From NCBI GenBank assembly GCA_044229845.1, contig JBGASG010000006.1, forward strand, positions 128,001 to 192,000: 64,000 nt of DNA. The letters are read 5' to 3'. Position numbers and translations under genes: made by a program. This DNA comes from Candidatus Obscuribacteraceae bacterium. GTDB taxonomy: Bacteria > Cyanobacteriota > Vampirovibrionia > Obscuribacterales > Obscuribacteraceae. This document shows positions 28,131 through 36,794 of this stretch, in pieces. How positions within the stretch are numbered: the stretch's first letter is position 1; every line of letters starts with the position of its first letter. The notes below the pieces were generated by a model. The model had not been told where the DNA came from, did not search any database, and saw only the letters and a list, made by a program, of their open reading frames with translations.

Positions 28131-29810
28131 ATGTGCAACATTTATCCGCGTTACATGACGCGCGCGAGACGAGGCGCAAGCCGCTCGAAGGCCGAGATGC
28201 AATTCTACGATGCATGCCGGACGCAGCTCGATAACCGCTGGACTGTCATTTATGATGTTCGGTGGCACGCCCCGGAAATAGGCAAAGCCGGACACGGACA
28301 AGCGGATTTCATCGTGGCACACGAAGATCTTGGAGCGCTTGTTTTGGAGGTGAAGGGCGCCGGTCTTGAACGAGTCCCGCACACACGAGAGTGGCTGCAA
28401 GTGAACCACGAGGGGAAGTATCCCATAGATCCGATCAAGCAGGTCCAAAACAGCATGCACGCATTACTTGCAGGCTTGCGAAGAAGGAACAATTTGCCTG
28501 ATGGGCACTTAGGTCTATTCCACGCGGTGGCTTTTCCGCAAGCGAGAACGGCAGGCTCAGAATGGACAATTGAAATGCCGTCGGAGCTGACAATCGGACG
28601 CGAACACATGCCCAACCTTGAAGCGCGCTTACGCGAGATTTTTGCCTATCATCACCGTCGGTCGAATAACGAAACATACTCGGTTGGTGCGCGCCTCATC
28701 GAAGAAATTCTTGCGATAACAAACAGCCGGGTCGAATATGTCTATTCGCTTTCCGCCAAAGTCGACGAAGACGAACAGGAACTGATCGAGCTGACGACCG
28801 AACAAATCCGCCTTCTGGACTGTTTCCGGAAGAACAAGCGTGTATTGATCGATGGTTGCGCCGGATCCGGCAAAACACTGTTGGCAGTTGAGAAAGCTCG
28901 CCAACTCGCCAAAAGCGGCAAGCGGACCCTGCTTACCTGTTTCAATGCACCACTGGAGCGTTTTCTCCGAGAAGCGACGGCGGGAATTGAGAATCTAGAC
29001 GTCGTTCGCTTTCATCAATTGTGCAGGCACCAAGACGATCACTTCAACCCCATTCTGCCGGTACTCGGTGCGAGCATATCGCGCGACGATGACCCCAATT
29101 TCGTGTTAGTTTTGATGGAGGCAGCGAAGAAGAATCCCGAAATAAAGTATGATGCAATCATCATAGATGAGGCGCAAGACTTCAGGTCCGAGTGGGGAAT
29201 CGCCCTTGAGGCTTGTCTGCGTAATGATGAATCGCTGTTGTATGTTTTCAAAGACAGCGGGCAGAATTTGTATGGCATCAGGCACCAGTACGCGCCAGTG
29301 GACATGTGCCATTTCAGTTTGCAGAGAAACATTCGCAATTCACAAGCCATCGGGCAGTACGTCCGGCGTCATTATCTAGGCGCCGACGATGTTCCGATGG
29401 TCTTGGCGGGACCGGCAGGCCGCGATGTCGCAGTACATGTCTACCAAAGCGAGCAGCAATTGATCGCGGAGGTATCGGAGGTCATCACGAAATGGATAGA
29501 CGAAGAGCACGTTTCACCGAAAGACATTGTTGTCTTGACGCCTCGTAAAATTGACCGCAGCGCCCTGTTCAACTTGAAGCTGCCTAATGCATTCGTCAAC
29601 ACTCGCACAACTACCGAGCGCGGCATTTTGATTTCAAGCATAAATAGGTTCAAGGGAATGGAAAGCAATTTCGTGGTCGTTGTTGAGCTGGATAACGAAT
29701 TCTCCCAGCGTCCTGAGCACCACCAGTCAACCCACTGCTACGCGGCCTTCTCCCGCGCCAAGCACCATCTCGTCGTTTTCTCCAGTCCTGAGTGCGCATC
29801 ATTGGTGTAG
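28131..29810 (+). CDS. NERD nuclease-domain + SF1 (UvrD-like) helicase/ATPase
   Basis: QADFIV...LEVKG nuclease core; Walker A GCAGSGKT; Walker B IIIDEAQD; NIRNS; FKGME; YAAFSRAK. Confidence 0.9.
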   Translation: MCNIYPRYMTRARRGASRSKAEMQFYDACRTQLDNRWTVIYDVRWHAPEIGKAGHGQADFIVAHEDLGALVLEVKGAGLERVPHTREWLQVNHEGKYPIDPIKQVQNSMHALLAGLRRRNNLPDGHLGLFHAVAFPQARTAGSEWTIEMPSELTIGREHMPNLEARLREIFAYHHRRSNNETYSVGARLIEEILAITNSRVEYVYSLSAKVDEDEQELIELTTEQIRLLDCFRKNKRVLIDGCAGSGKTLLAVEKARQLAKSGKRTLLTCFNAPLERFLREATAGIENLDVVRFHQLCRHQDDHFNPILPVLGASISRDDDPNFVLVLMEAAKKNPEIKYDAIIIDEAQDFRSEWGIALEACLRNDESLLYVFKDSGQNLYGIRHQYAPVDMCHFSLQRNIRNSQAIGQYVRRHYLGADDVPMVLAGPAGRDVAVHVYQSEQQLIAEVSEVITKWIDEEHVSPKDIVVLTPRKIDRSALFNLKLPNAFVNTRTTTERGILISSINRFKGMESNFVVVVELDNEFSQRPEHHQSTHCYAAFSRAKHHLVVFSSPECASLV

Positions 29811-29888
29811 AACTAGCAATCGTCCACTCCCGGGAGCAACTTTCTCTGGGAAGAAAGAGGTCTTCCGCTCGGCGGCGCTGGCGAGAGC

Positions 29889-29917
29889 TTGACAGTCGGT
29901 TATCAACCCGATAACTT
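29889..29917 (+). promoter_or_regulatory. higBA promoter with overlapping inverted-repeat operator
   Basis: TTGACA (29889) - 17 bp - TAACTT (29912); GTTATC-N5-GATAAC at 29899-29915. Confidence 0.6.
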
Positions 29918-29926
29918 GAGGTTTGA

Positions 29927-30207
29927 GTGGAAGTCATCAACGAAACCGAAGTGCACTCATTTGCGCAGAAACATTCAAGTGCGCGGAAACCGCTGGGCAA
30001 TTGGATTGACGTAACAAAAACTGCTGATTGGAAGTCTTTTCCCGACGTTCGAGAAACCTTCAGGAGCACGGACTACGTTAAAGAACAAGTGGTTTTCGAT
30101 ATAGGCGGAAACAACTACAGACTCACTAGTTCGATTGACTATGAAACTCAGCATGTCTACGTCTTAGAAGTGCGACGCATGCAGAATATGATCGGTGGAA
30201 GGCGTGA
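29927..30207 (+). pseudogene. higB: HigB-family type II toxin with a 1-bp frameshift near 30173
   Basis: VVFDIGGNNYRL motif; terminal THAEYDRWKA* lies in another frame (30175-30207). Confidence 0.8.
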
Positions 30208-30617
30208 GCACAGCAAGGGTCGACAAAGCATACATGGCGCTAATCAGAGAGTTTCCTCTGATTCCGATACGCGACAAGTCTGAATTCGAGCGAGCCATAG
30301 CATTGATGAAGCGGCTAGCCTACCGCCGAAGCAGCTTAAGTAGCGGCGAGTCCGATTATCTAACCGTGCTTGGTAATTTGATAGTGCAGTACGAAAAACG
30401 GCTGCCCAAGCTGGCGGAAGCAATGACACCACGCGAAGCCCTGGCTTATCTCATGGAATCCAATGGGCTCTCTCAAACAGATCTCGTCGAATACGTCGGG
30501 TACAAATCGAATCTCTCCGCGTTTCTTGGTGGTCATCGAGGGCTGAGCAAGCGAGCAGCGTGCCGACTTGCAGAGTATTTCAAAGTGTCGCCGGCGCTGT
30601 TCTTGCCGAGAGAATGA
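30204..30617 (+). CDS. higA: HigA-family HTH antitoxin
   Basis: FPLIPIRD, LIVQYE, XRE-type HTH (LSQTDL...SNLSAFLGGHRGLS); GTG overlaps the restored higB TGA. Confidence 0.88.
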   Translation: MSTARVDKAYMALIREFPLIPIRDKSEFERAIALMKRLAYRRSSLSSGESDYLTVLGNLIVQYEKRLPKLAEAMTPREALAYLMESNGLSQTDLVEYVGYKSNLSAFLGGHRGLSKRAACRLAEYFKVSPALFLPRE

Positions 30618-30736
30618 ACTTCAAAGGGCGCTTCAATCTCCGTCGCGTAGATTTCACGCGGCAGATTGAAGGATTTGCTCCTTCGAAGTGGTACGCTCTG
30701 ATAAGAGTCACACCTTTCATCCAGGTAATCGAACTC

Positions 30737-31732
30737 ATGCGAAAAAAAGCTCTACTCGCAATTGCTTTCGCAAGCGGTTTGCTTAATCCGCAGCTGCCCG
30801 CCTTAGCTGAGGACACCAAGCCCGAGTCAAGCGAATCTGTAGTGCAGCAAATTACAGAAAGTGCGCAAATGTCACCCGAAATGCGAGCGTACTATCTACT
30901 CTTAATTGCAAATTCCTCTCTCACTGAAACACCGGCTGAAGTCGAAGAGAGATACAAGTTTGTAATCAGCAACAAAGGCAACAGCACCTGGCCTTTCAGA
31001 AAACGGCGCGCCTGGGAAGGTATCCTAGTCTCTTGGGCTAACAGGTTTACATCAGAGGCTAAGTCGCATAACACTGCAAATGGCAAGTCCGGGTCACATT
31101 CGATTGCATCCGCGAATCGCGCACTTGCGAATGCAGCAATCCAGAATGCAATAACGGAAGTGGACAAGATTACCGAGCCGTTCACCAAGTTGAACTTGTA
31201 CTACATTGCATCACGGCTCTGTCAAAAGGTTGGAGATGCCGACGGAATAAAGAAGTGCAACCGCGTTATCGAAGATGCTCTCAAATCATGCGAGGGGAGC
31301 TCACCTGCTAGCGAAGCTCAAGTCAAGGCTGCTGCTTCCATTCTGGATGCGATGGCTTTTGCTTATGTGCCGATTGAGGGATCCGATGGAGATTATGTTT
31401 CGGAGAGAACCCAGCAACAATCATCCCCATTAGCAGAACAGTATTCAGACATAGACTTTAAGAAAGCCGAAAGACTCAAACTTCGCGCCGCCGCCATGGC
31501 AGACCGATTGGGTGCAGAGACGCACACGAGGCGAAAGGTGCACCGAGATTTGGTGCTCTGGTACATGGCACTTGGCAGAACGCAGCAAGCAGAGAAAGAG
31601 AAGGAAATTCTATTCAAATTGGTTGGCTTCAAAGACGACAAAGTTTTGTATCCTCAACATGAAGGATGCGGGATGCTTGTCTGGTGGCGTCAGGAACAAA
31701 GGGGCGCAACGTTTTTATGTGGAATGGGCTAG
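30737..31732 (+). CDS. Secreted helical protein ending CX16CGMG; candidate MNIO substrate
   Basis: Signal peptide MRKKALLAIAF...PALA; C-terminus GCGMLVWWRQEQRGATFLCGMG*. Confidence 0.8.
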   Translation: MRKKALLAIAFASGLLNPQLPALAEDTKPESSESVVQQITESAQMSPEMRAYYLLLIANSSLTETPAEVEERYKFVISNKGNSTWPFRKRRAWEGILVSWANRFTSEAKSHNTANGKSGSHSIASANRALANAAIQNAITEVDKITEPFTKLNLYYIASRLCQKVGDADGIKKCNRVIEDALKSCEGSSPASEAQVKAAASILDAMAFAYVPIEGSDGDYVSERTQQQSSPLAEQYSDIDFKKAERLKLRAAAMADRLGAETHTRRKVHRDLVLWYMALGRTQQAEKEKEILFKLVGFKDDKVLYPQHEGCGMLVWWRQEQRGATFLCGMG

Positions 31733-31784
31733 ATTGCGCGGATGAATTTGTCGACTGCCAAACACCCCAGAGATTTCCTGAAAC

Positions 31785-32660
31785 ATGCGTAAACCAAAGC
31801 TTGGACTCTCTCTAATGCCATCGGAGGACTTTCGCCAAGCGTCTGCTGATCTCTTTGAGAAGGGTCTCGTTAAAGCCGTAGAGTGGTCTTTCGACGTCCC
31901 CTGGAACGGCGTCGTGACGGACCAATGGTGCTATGACATAGTCGACCAATTTAGTCGATTTGGCGCGCTGACTGGGCATGGAGTGAGTCTTTCTCCACTT
32001 TCGGCCAGTTTTTCGAAAAGACAGCAAGAATGGCTGTCCCTTGCGCGAGAAGAGTTCAAGAACAGAAACTACGTTCATACAACAGAGCATTTCGGGTTTT
32101 CAGAAGCCGGACCGATTGCTCTTGGAGCACCATTAGCAGTACCGATGAATTCCGAGTCTCTTCGCCTTGGAAAAGACATGATGAAGCGTTATGCCGATGC
32201 GGCACAGCGTCCAGTGGGATTGGAGAATCTCGCATTTGCATTTGGGATGGAAGATGTGAAACGACAAGGTGATTTCATCGACCAGTTGATCTCTGAAGTC
32301 GATGGCTTTCTCCTTTTAGACCTGCACAACATTTATTGCCAGCTCGCGAATTTTGATGTTGCAGAACTCGAATTGATAAACTCGTATCCCCTGACGAAGG
32401 TTCGCGAAATACATTTGTCCGGTGGTTCGTGGACTGAATCGGTGAGCGGGAGGCGACCAGCTGTCAGGCGCGATACGCATGACGATGGTGTGCCGCAGGA
32501 GGTTTTCAATCTTGCAACACTGGCGCTGAAACTTTGTCCGAACATTGAATTTGTATTTCTGGAACGACTCGCAAACACGATGACGGACCTGGAATCACAA
32601 CGGGAGTTTCGTGATGACTTCGAAACGATGCAGGAAATTTTGGAGCTAAGTTGTGTCTGA
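31785..32660 (+). CDS. DUF692-family multinuclear non-heme iron oxidative enzyme (MNIO; MbnB/TglH/ChrH family)
   Basis: GHGVSLS, TEHFGF, GLENL, LLLDLHNIY, EIHLSGG, DTHD, FLER metal-ligand motifs. Confidence 0.92.
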   Translation: MRKPKLGLSLMPSEDFRQASADLFEKGLVKAVEWSFDVPWNGVVTDQWCYDIVDQFSRFGALTGHGVSLSPLSASFSKRQQEWLSLAREEFKNRNYVHTTEHFGFSEAGPIALGAPLAVPMNSESLRLGKDMMKRYADAAQRPVGLENLAFAFGMEDVKRQGDFIDQLISEVDGFLLLDLHNIYCQLANFDVAELELINSYPLTKVREIHLSGGSWTESVSGRRPAVRRDTHDDGVPQEVFNLATLALKLCPNIEFVFLERLANTMTDLESQREFRDDFETMQEILELSCV

Positions 32661-32859
32661 GAATTCACGGCTTCAGGAGTATCAAGACGCTCTTCAAGAG
32701 TTGCTCTCGAGTGGGCTCCCGCAAATTGAGATTCTTGAATCGCTGCACAAGGATCCCCGTTTCGAATACTATCGTGACTACGTGAAGGGGTTCGATCCAG
32801 ACATGGTGGCAGTCGCTTGCGAATTGATCGGAAAGTGGGCGATACGGAATCAAGAGTGA
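32653..32859 (+). CDS. Small protein, candidate MNIO partner subunit
   Basis: 68 aa; GTG start overlaps MNIO end by 8 bp, GGAG upstream; LQEYQDAL N-terminal helix. Confidence 0.7.
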   Translation: MSENSRLQEYQDALQELLSSGLPQIEILESLHKDPRFEYYRDYVKGFDPDMVAVACELIGKWAIRNQE

Positions 32860-33047
32860 CGCCGTAAAACCGCACCCATCGCGACTACAGCCGTGAAACC
32901 CGGAAAACAATCCGAGCGAAAACGGGCGAATTCAGTTCCCCGAGATATTGATCGGGACACCGAGGTCCGCACCTTCGAATTTTCCTCATTGAGAATTTCC
33001 GAAAGCGTGGGCGCTAATGCCTTGCTTGAACCTTGTTGTTCAAAGAA

Positions 33048-33073
33048 AAAATGGTGGAGGCGGCGAGAATCGC
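33048..33073 (-). repeat. att site: duplicated 3' end of tmRNA (26-bp direct repeat with 36199-36224)
   Basis: AAAATGGTGGAGGCGGCGAGAATCGC identical at both positions. Confidence 0.95.
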
Positions 33074-33308
33074 CTGGGCTGTCATTCTCATTAAGACTCG
33101 TCAATTGATTTTGTTTGATGGTGCGGGTTTCGGGATTTTTGTCGCTTGCGCGAAGTGGCGCTAATGGTCCTGAATCGACACATGAGGGGCCACAAAATGG
33201 GCCACAGTTTTTGAAGGAATTTTGGGGTAGGGTATCGCGTGCTTATCCTTCTGGCAATTGCTGCGCCGGCGCGTATCCTTCTCCAGTACTATTATTTGCG
33301 CCTTTCGT

Positions 33309-33387
33309 CATATTTACTGTACAGCGAATATAGGTGTTATAGCGCATATTCTTGCAAATTTGCCATATTTACTGTACGGTAAATATG
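33309..33387. promoter_or_regulatory. Two 24-bp inverted-repeat operators upstream of the AbiEi-like gene
   Basis: CATATTTACTGTACAGCGAATATA (33309-33332) and CATATTTACTGTACGGTAAATATG (33364-33387). Confidence 0.75.
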
Positions 33388-33402
33388 GGCTATTGGGCGA
33401 AT

Positions 33403-34470
33403 ATGATGGACGGTCGACAGTACGGGCAGCAACTAATAGATGAGTTCCTCAAGGTTCTTGAGGAACTTCCAGAAGTACGTGCGACATTGGAAGCAGAGCA
33501 GCCTCTACCAGCTGATGCGAAAATCGACTTAAAGGTAGCGGGCAAAGAAGTAACCTTGCTTGTGGAAGCAAAGAGAGAGGGGTACCCGCGCGATGTGCAG
33601 CAAGCGATATGGCAACTCCGTCGAGCCGAGCAGGCGCTGCCTTCGCACGAGGACATCGTTCTTGTCATGATTGCGGAATACCTTTCTCCTGGAGCGAAGG
33701 CGCAATTGCAAGCAGAGCATATTGGATATTTTGAAAGCGGCGGCAGTTTGTACCTGCCCGCACCTGGCGCGTACTGTTATATAGAGAGACCGTCAGCAAA
33801 GCCATTTGAAAGGGCCGTTCGATCTCTGTTTTCTGGGCGGCGGGCTCAAGTAATCCACGCGATTCTTGTCCATCATGACCGTTGGTTTGGGGTTCATGAA
33901 CTGGCCGAAGTAGCCTTGGTGTCACCAGCCACGGTATCAGAAGTGTTTTCAGAGTTGGAGCGGCAGGACTGGGTATCATTGCAAGGAAAGGGACCGAAAA
34001 AGGAGCGGCAACTATCTCAACCTACCGCATTGCTCGACGCATGGGCCAAAGAAGTGAGGGAGCGTCCATCACCAATCATGGATCGCTATTACGTGCCTGG
34101 AGTAAAAGCTGATAGCTTGACGCAACGAGTCGGCGAACAGTTTGGCAAATGCAACATAGAGTACGCAATCAGTTACGAATACGCAGCACAGCGCTATGCG
34201 CCCTTTCTGTCCAGTATTTCACAGGTCCGTCTAAGGATGATCAAATCCACCGAATCACGCGGTGCGATTTCTGAACTAGGAGCGCGTTCGGTTGTTGAAG
34301 GATCCAATCTCGGAATCATCGAAACCGATGCAGGCGAATTGCTGTTTCGGAATGAAATCGATAGCATTTGGCTGGCAAGTCCTGTACAGGTGTATCTGGA
34401 TCTGATGCACGGCGAGGGGCGTTCAATGGAGATGGCAGAACATCTGCGAAAAGAAAGGATTGGTTTCTAA
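33403..34470 (+). CDS. AbiEi-like type IV antitoxin / transcriptional regulator
   Basis: Central HTH (GVHELAEVALVSPATVSEV), LLDAWA, C-terminal SPVQVYLDL..GR..E.AE.L; start placed after the operators. Confidence 0.8.
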   Translation: MMDGRQYGQQLIDEFLKVLEELPEVRATLEAEQPLPADAKIDLKVAGKEVTLLVEAKREGYPRDVQQAIWQLRRAEQALPSHEDIVLVMIAEYLSPGAKAQLQAEHIGYFESGGSLYLPAPGAYCYIERPSAKPFERAVRSLFSGRRAQVIHAILVHHDRWFGVHELAEVALVSPATVSEVFSELERQDWVSLQGKGPKKERQLSQPTALLDAWAKEVRERPSPIMDRYYVPGVKADSLTQRVGEQFGKCNIEYAISYEYAAQRYAPFLSSISQVRLRMIKSTESRGAISELGARSVVEGSNLGIIETDAGELLFRNEIDSIWLASPVQVYLDLMHGEGRSMEMAEHLRKERIGF

Positions 34471-34471
34471 A

Positions 34472-35368
34472 ATGCCGAAGCCAAAGACTTTCGATGGTTA
34501 TGATGAAGGATACACATTGGACTGTGAGCGCGTTCTCGTGACGCTATTGCGAGGACTAGGTCCATGGAAGGATTCGGTGTATTTAATCGGCGGATTGACG
34601 CCAAGATATTTGGTTGATGCCAGCGGCCAGGACGTGCCTCCACACGCTGGCACTCAGGACGTAGACATTGTAATCGACTTGCAGATATTAGCTGATACCG
34701 AAGCCTACCACACGCTTGAAGAGAATCTGAAAAAGTTGGATTTCGAACGCGCTGAGAATGACGCCGGAAAAAAACTTTCTTGGCGCTGGAAAACCAAAAC
34801 CGAAGCCGGTGCCACAGTTATTCTTGAGCTAATATCTGAATCGGTGGAGTTGGGTGGCGGAAAAGTACAGGCATTGCCGACTGAAAAGACAATTTCTGCG
34901 TTGAATGTTCCACACGCATCGATGGTTTTCGATCTGCATGAGATCAAAGAGATTCAAGCGGAGCTCTTGGGTGGCAATGGCATAGCGACTGAAAAAGTAA
35001 GATTTGCGAATCTGGTCTCGTTTACTTGCCTGAAAGCGTTTGCTTTCGATCAGCGGAACGAACGAAAGGACGCGCACGATTTGATCTATTGCCTTGAACA
35101 CGCACCCGGTGGAGTAACTGCCGCCAAAGAGCAGTTCCGAAAAGAGCTGGATGGCAAACACGCGGAAACAGTTCGCTCGGCGTTGGACATATTGCGGAAA
35201 CGATTCGCAAGCGATGCAAAGGTAGAAGGCTATCAAAAGGACGGTCCCGTGGCCGTCGCTAAGTTCGAGCTGGGCGAGAGCAATGAAGAAGCAACAAAAG
35301 AGTCAAGGATTCTCAGGCAGAGAGACGTAAGCCATGTTATTGAACAACTGCTGGAAATCTTCAACTGA
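34472..35368 (+). CDS. AbiEii-like nucleotidyltransferase
   Basis: LIGGL...TQDVD, LKAFA...RKDAHDL; directly follows the AbiEi-like gene. Confidence 0.8.
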   Translation: MPKPKTFDGYDEGYTLDCERVLVTLLRGLGPWKDSVYLIGGLTPRYLVDASGQDVPPHAGTQDVDIVIDLQILADTEAYHTLEENLKKLDFERAENDAGKKLSWRWKTKTEAGATVILELISESVELGGGKVQALPTEKTISALNVPHASMVFDLHEIKEIQAELLGGNGIATEKVRFANLVSFTCLKAFAFDQRNERKDAHDLIYCLEHAPGGVTAAKEQFRKELDGKHAETVRSALDILRKRFASDAKVEGYQKDGPVAVAKFELGESNEEATKESRILRQRDVSHVIEQLLEIFN

Positions 35369-35381
35369 GAAGCAAATTGAG

Positions 35382-36050
35382 ATGACTTCAAAACGCGAGA
35401 AGAAAAATACCGGCAAACCTATACGAGGCATTGGTCGAAAACGTGATCGCCAGTCTAATTCGGCTGGAAGGACAGGGGTTCAAGAACATCAAGGTCGAGC
35501 GAGACATTGATTTAGATAGCATCACTAAAGATTCCGATGGAAAGCCAATCCCGAGACAAATCGATGTCTACTGGGAATTCGAATTTGGCGGGCTGAAGTA
35601 CAAAACAGTCATCCAAGCAAAGGATCACGCCCAGAATATCAACATGGGTATGATCGACACCTTTAGGAGTGTGCTCTTAGATCTCCCTGTCCAACCGCGC
35701 GGAATTATGATTACTACAAACGGTCTTCAGTCAGGCGCATTGAAACTTGCGAATGCTCATGGCATCGGCATTTATGAACTTCGATCGGCATCGTCTAGCG
35801 ACTTTCCAAATGGGGTTGTGCCAGCACTCGAAATCTTCGTCGATGCCTTCCATAAGGAGATCTTAAAAGCACGCCTTCAAGCCACCAAGGATCTAGAACA
35901 GAACGCACAAGAGTTCCAATCTTATTGCTCAGGAGATCCGTCCTCGATTTACATCCTTGATCAACACGGAGATCCGCGCGGAACCGCCGAGCAGCTAATG
36001 CAGGAAATTGAGCCACCTGTCGGCGCGGGTGAAGGCACGCATTTTTACGT
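35382..36050 (+). pseudogene. Mrr-like PD-(D/E)xK restriction endonuclease, frameshifted and probably 3' truncated
   Basis: ATG 35382 MTSKREKKNTGKP, +1 base at about 35421, then YEALVE...RQIDVYWE...VIQAKD...GLQSGA; frame then runs into islet-end DNA. Confidence 0.75.
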
Positions 36051-36202
36051 CACCCAAAATTCCGAGCGGAAACCGGGTGATTTCGGTTCCCAAGAATATT
36101 TTGACGGGCCACAAAAGGGGCCACACCTGCGCATTTCCCTCTTATTGAGAATGCGCGAAAGCCTGGTCCTGCGACCGTTTGAGCCCTGTTTAAGAAATAA
36201 AA

Positions 36203-36585
36203 TGGTGGAGGCGGCGAGAATCGCACTCGCGTCCAAAACTGCCGAGAATCCGGTCACTACAGGTTTAGTCTCGAATTTCTCCAGTACAGCTGAAGCGGCC
36301 GAGACGGCCACCCTGGTTCGCAATTATGTCTTAGCCACAGCTATTAACAGCTAACTTTGCCGTGGAGCGGCCACCGTGGTTTGCAGTTACCGTTAGCGGG
36401 TAGCCAAGCTAACGTGTAACTACCGCGCCTAAGAGTTAGTTAGGCAGCAACAGCGTAGCTGTTGGCGGTGAATGCCATTGCATTGTTTTTGGCATTTGTT
36501 TGTTTTGTCCAGTGTTTTAAGAGGTGCCAGACTACCTCTACCTGCGACCTGAAACCCTACAATCCTGTCGAATCTAAACGCCCCC
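36203..36585 (-). ncRNA. ssrA: tmRNA (one-piece, about 383 nt); tag reading frame AKNNAMAFTANSYAVAA* at 36493-36440
   Basis: 5' GGGGGCGTTTAGATTCGAC; 3' GGACGCGAGTGCGATTCTCGCCGCCTCCACCA; 7-bp acceptor stem with G3-U; tag ending YAVAA. Confidence 0.97.
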
Positions 36586-36657
36586 ATGTCGTGAAAACAC
36601 GGAGACTCCGGTCGGGTTCAAACAATTTGTCAGGGTGCAATCGGGCTTGAATTACCC

Positions 36658-36663
36658 ATTATA
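36658..36663 (-). promoter_or_regulatory. Probable ssrA -10 element
   Basis: TATAAT on the minus strand about 70 nt upstream of the mature 5' end; no clear -35. Confidence 0.45.
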
Positions 36664-36794
36664 GCGCATTTTCGGGTTTCTTGCCCGGGAAGGCTCAGCT
36701 GGCGCGCCATTGCGGCTCTGCAGCCACCTCTCCAGCCTATAGACTGTCCGCCTCAGCGGATGTTCCAGTCCCGGCTCAGTCGGTCCCGCAGACC

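Larger units (their letters stand above)
33074..36202. mobile_element. 3.1-kb genomic islet integrated in the ssrA 3' end, no integrase
   Basis: Flanking direct repeats; paired GGGCCACA motifs near both ends; defence-type cargo. Confidence 0.85.

Noticed and set aside
30560..30736. Longer N-terminus for the CGMG protein
   Set aside because: Overlaps higA and would bury the signal peptide that starts at ATG 30737
33048..33073. tRNA gene
   Set aside because: Only part of the T-arm and the 3' acceptor strand; it is the duplicated tmRNA end
21000..36200. Prophage, integron or IS element
   Set aside because: No recognisable integrase, transposase, phage structural gene or attC pattern
36045..36650. 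ORFs over the tmRNA region (36045-36323, 36462-36650, tail of 35431-36354)
   Set aside because: They overlap ssrA and islet-end DNA and show no protein motifs
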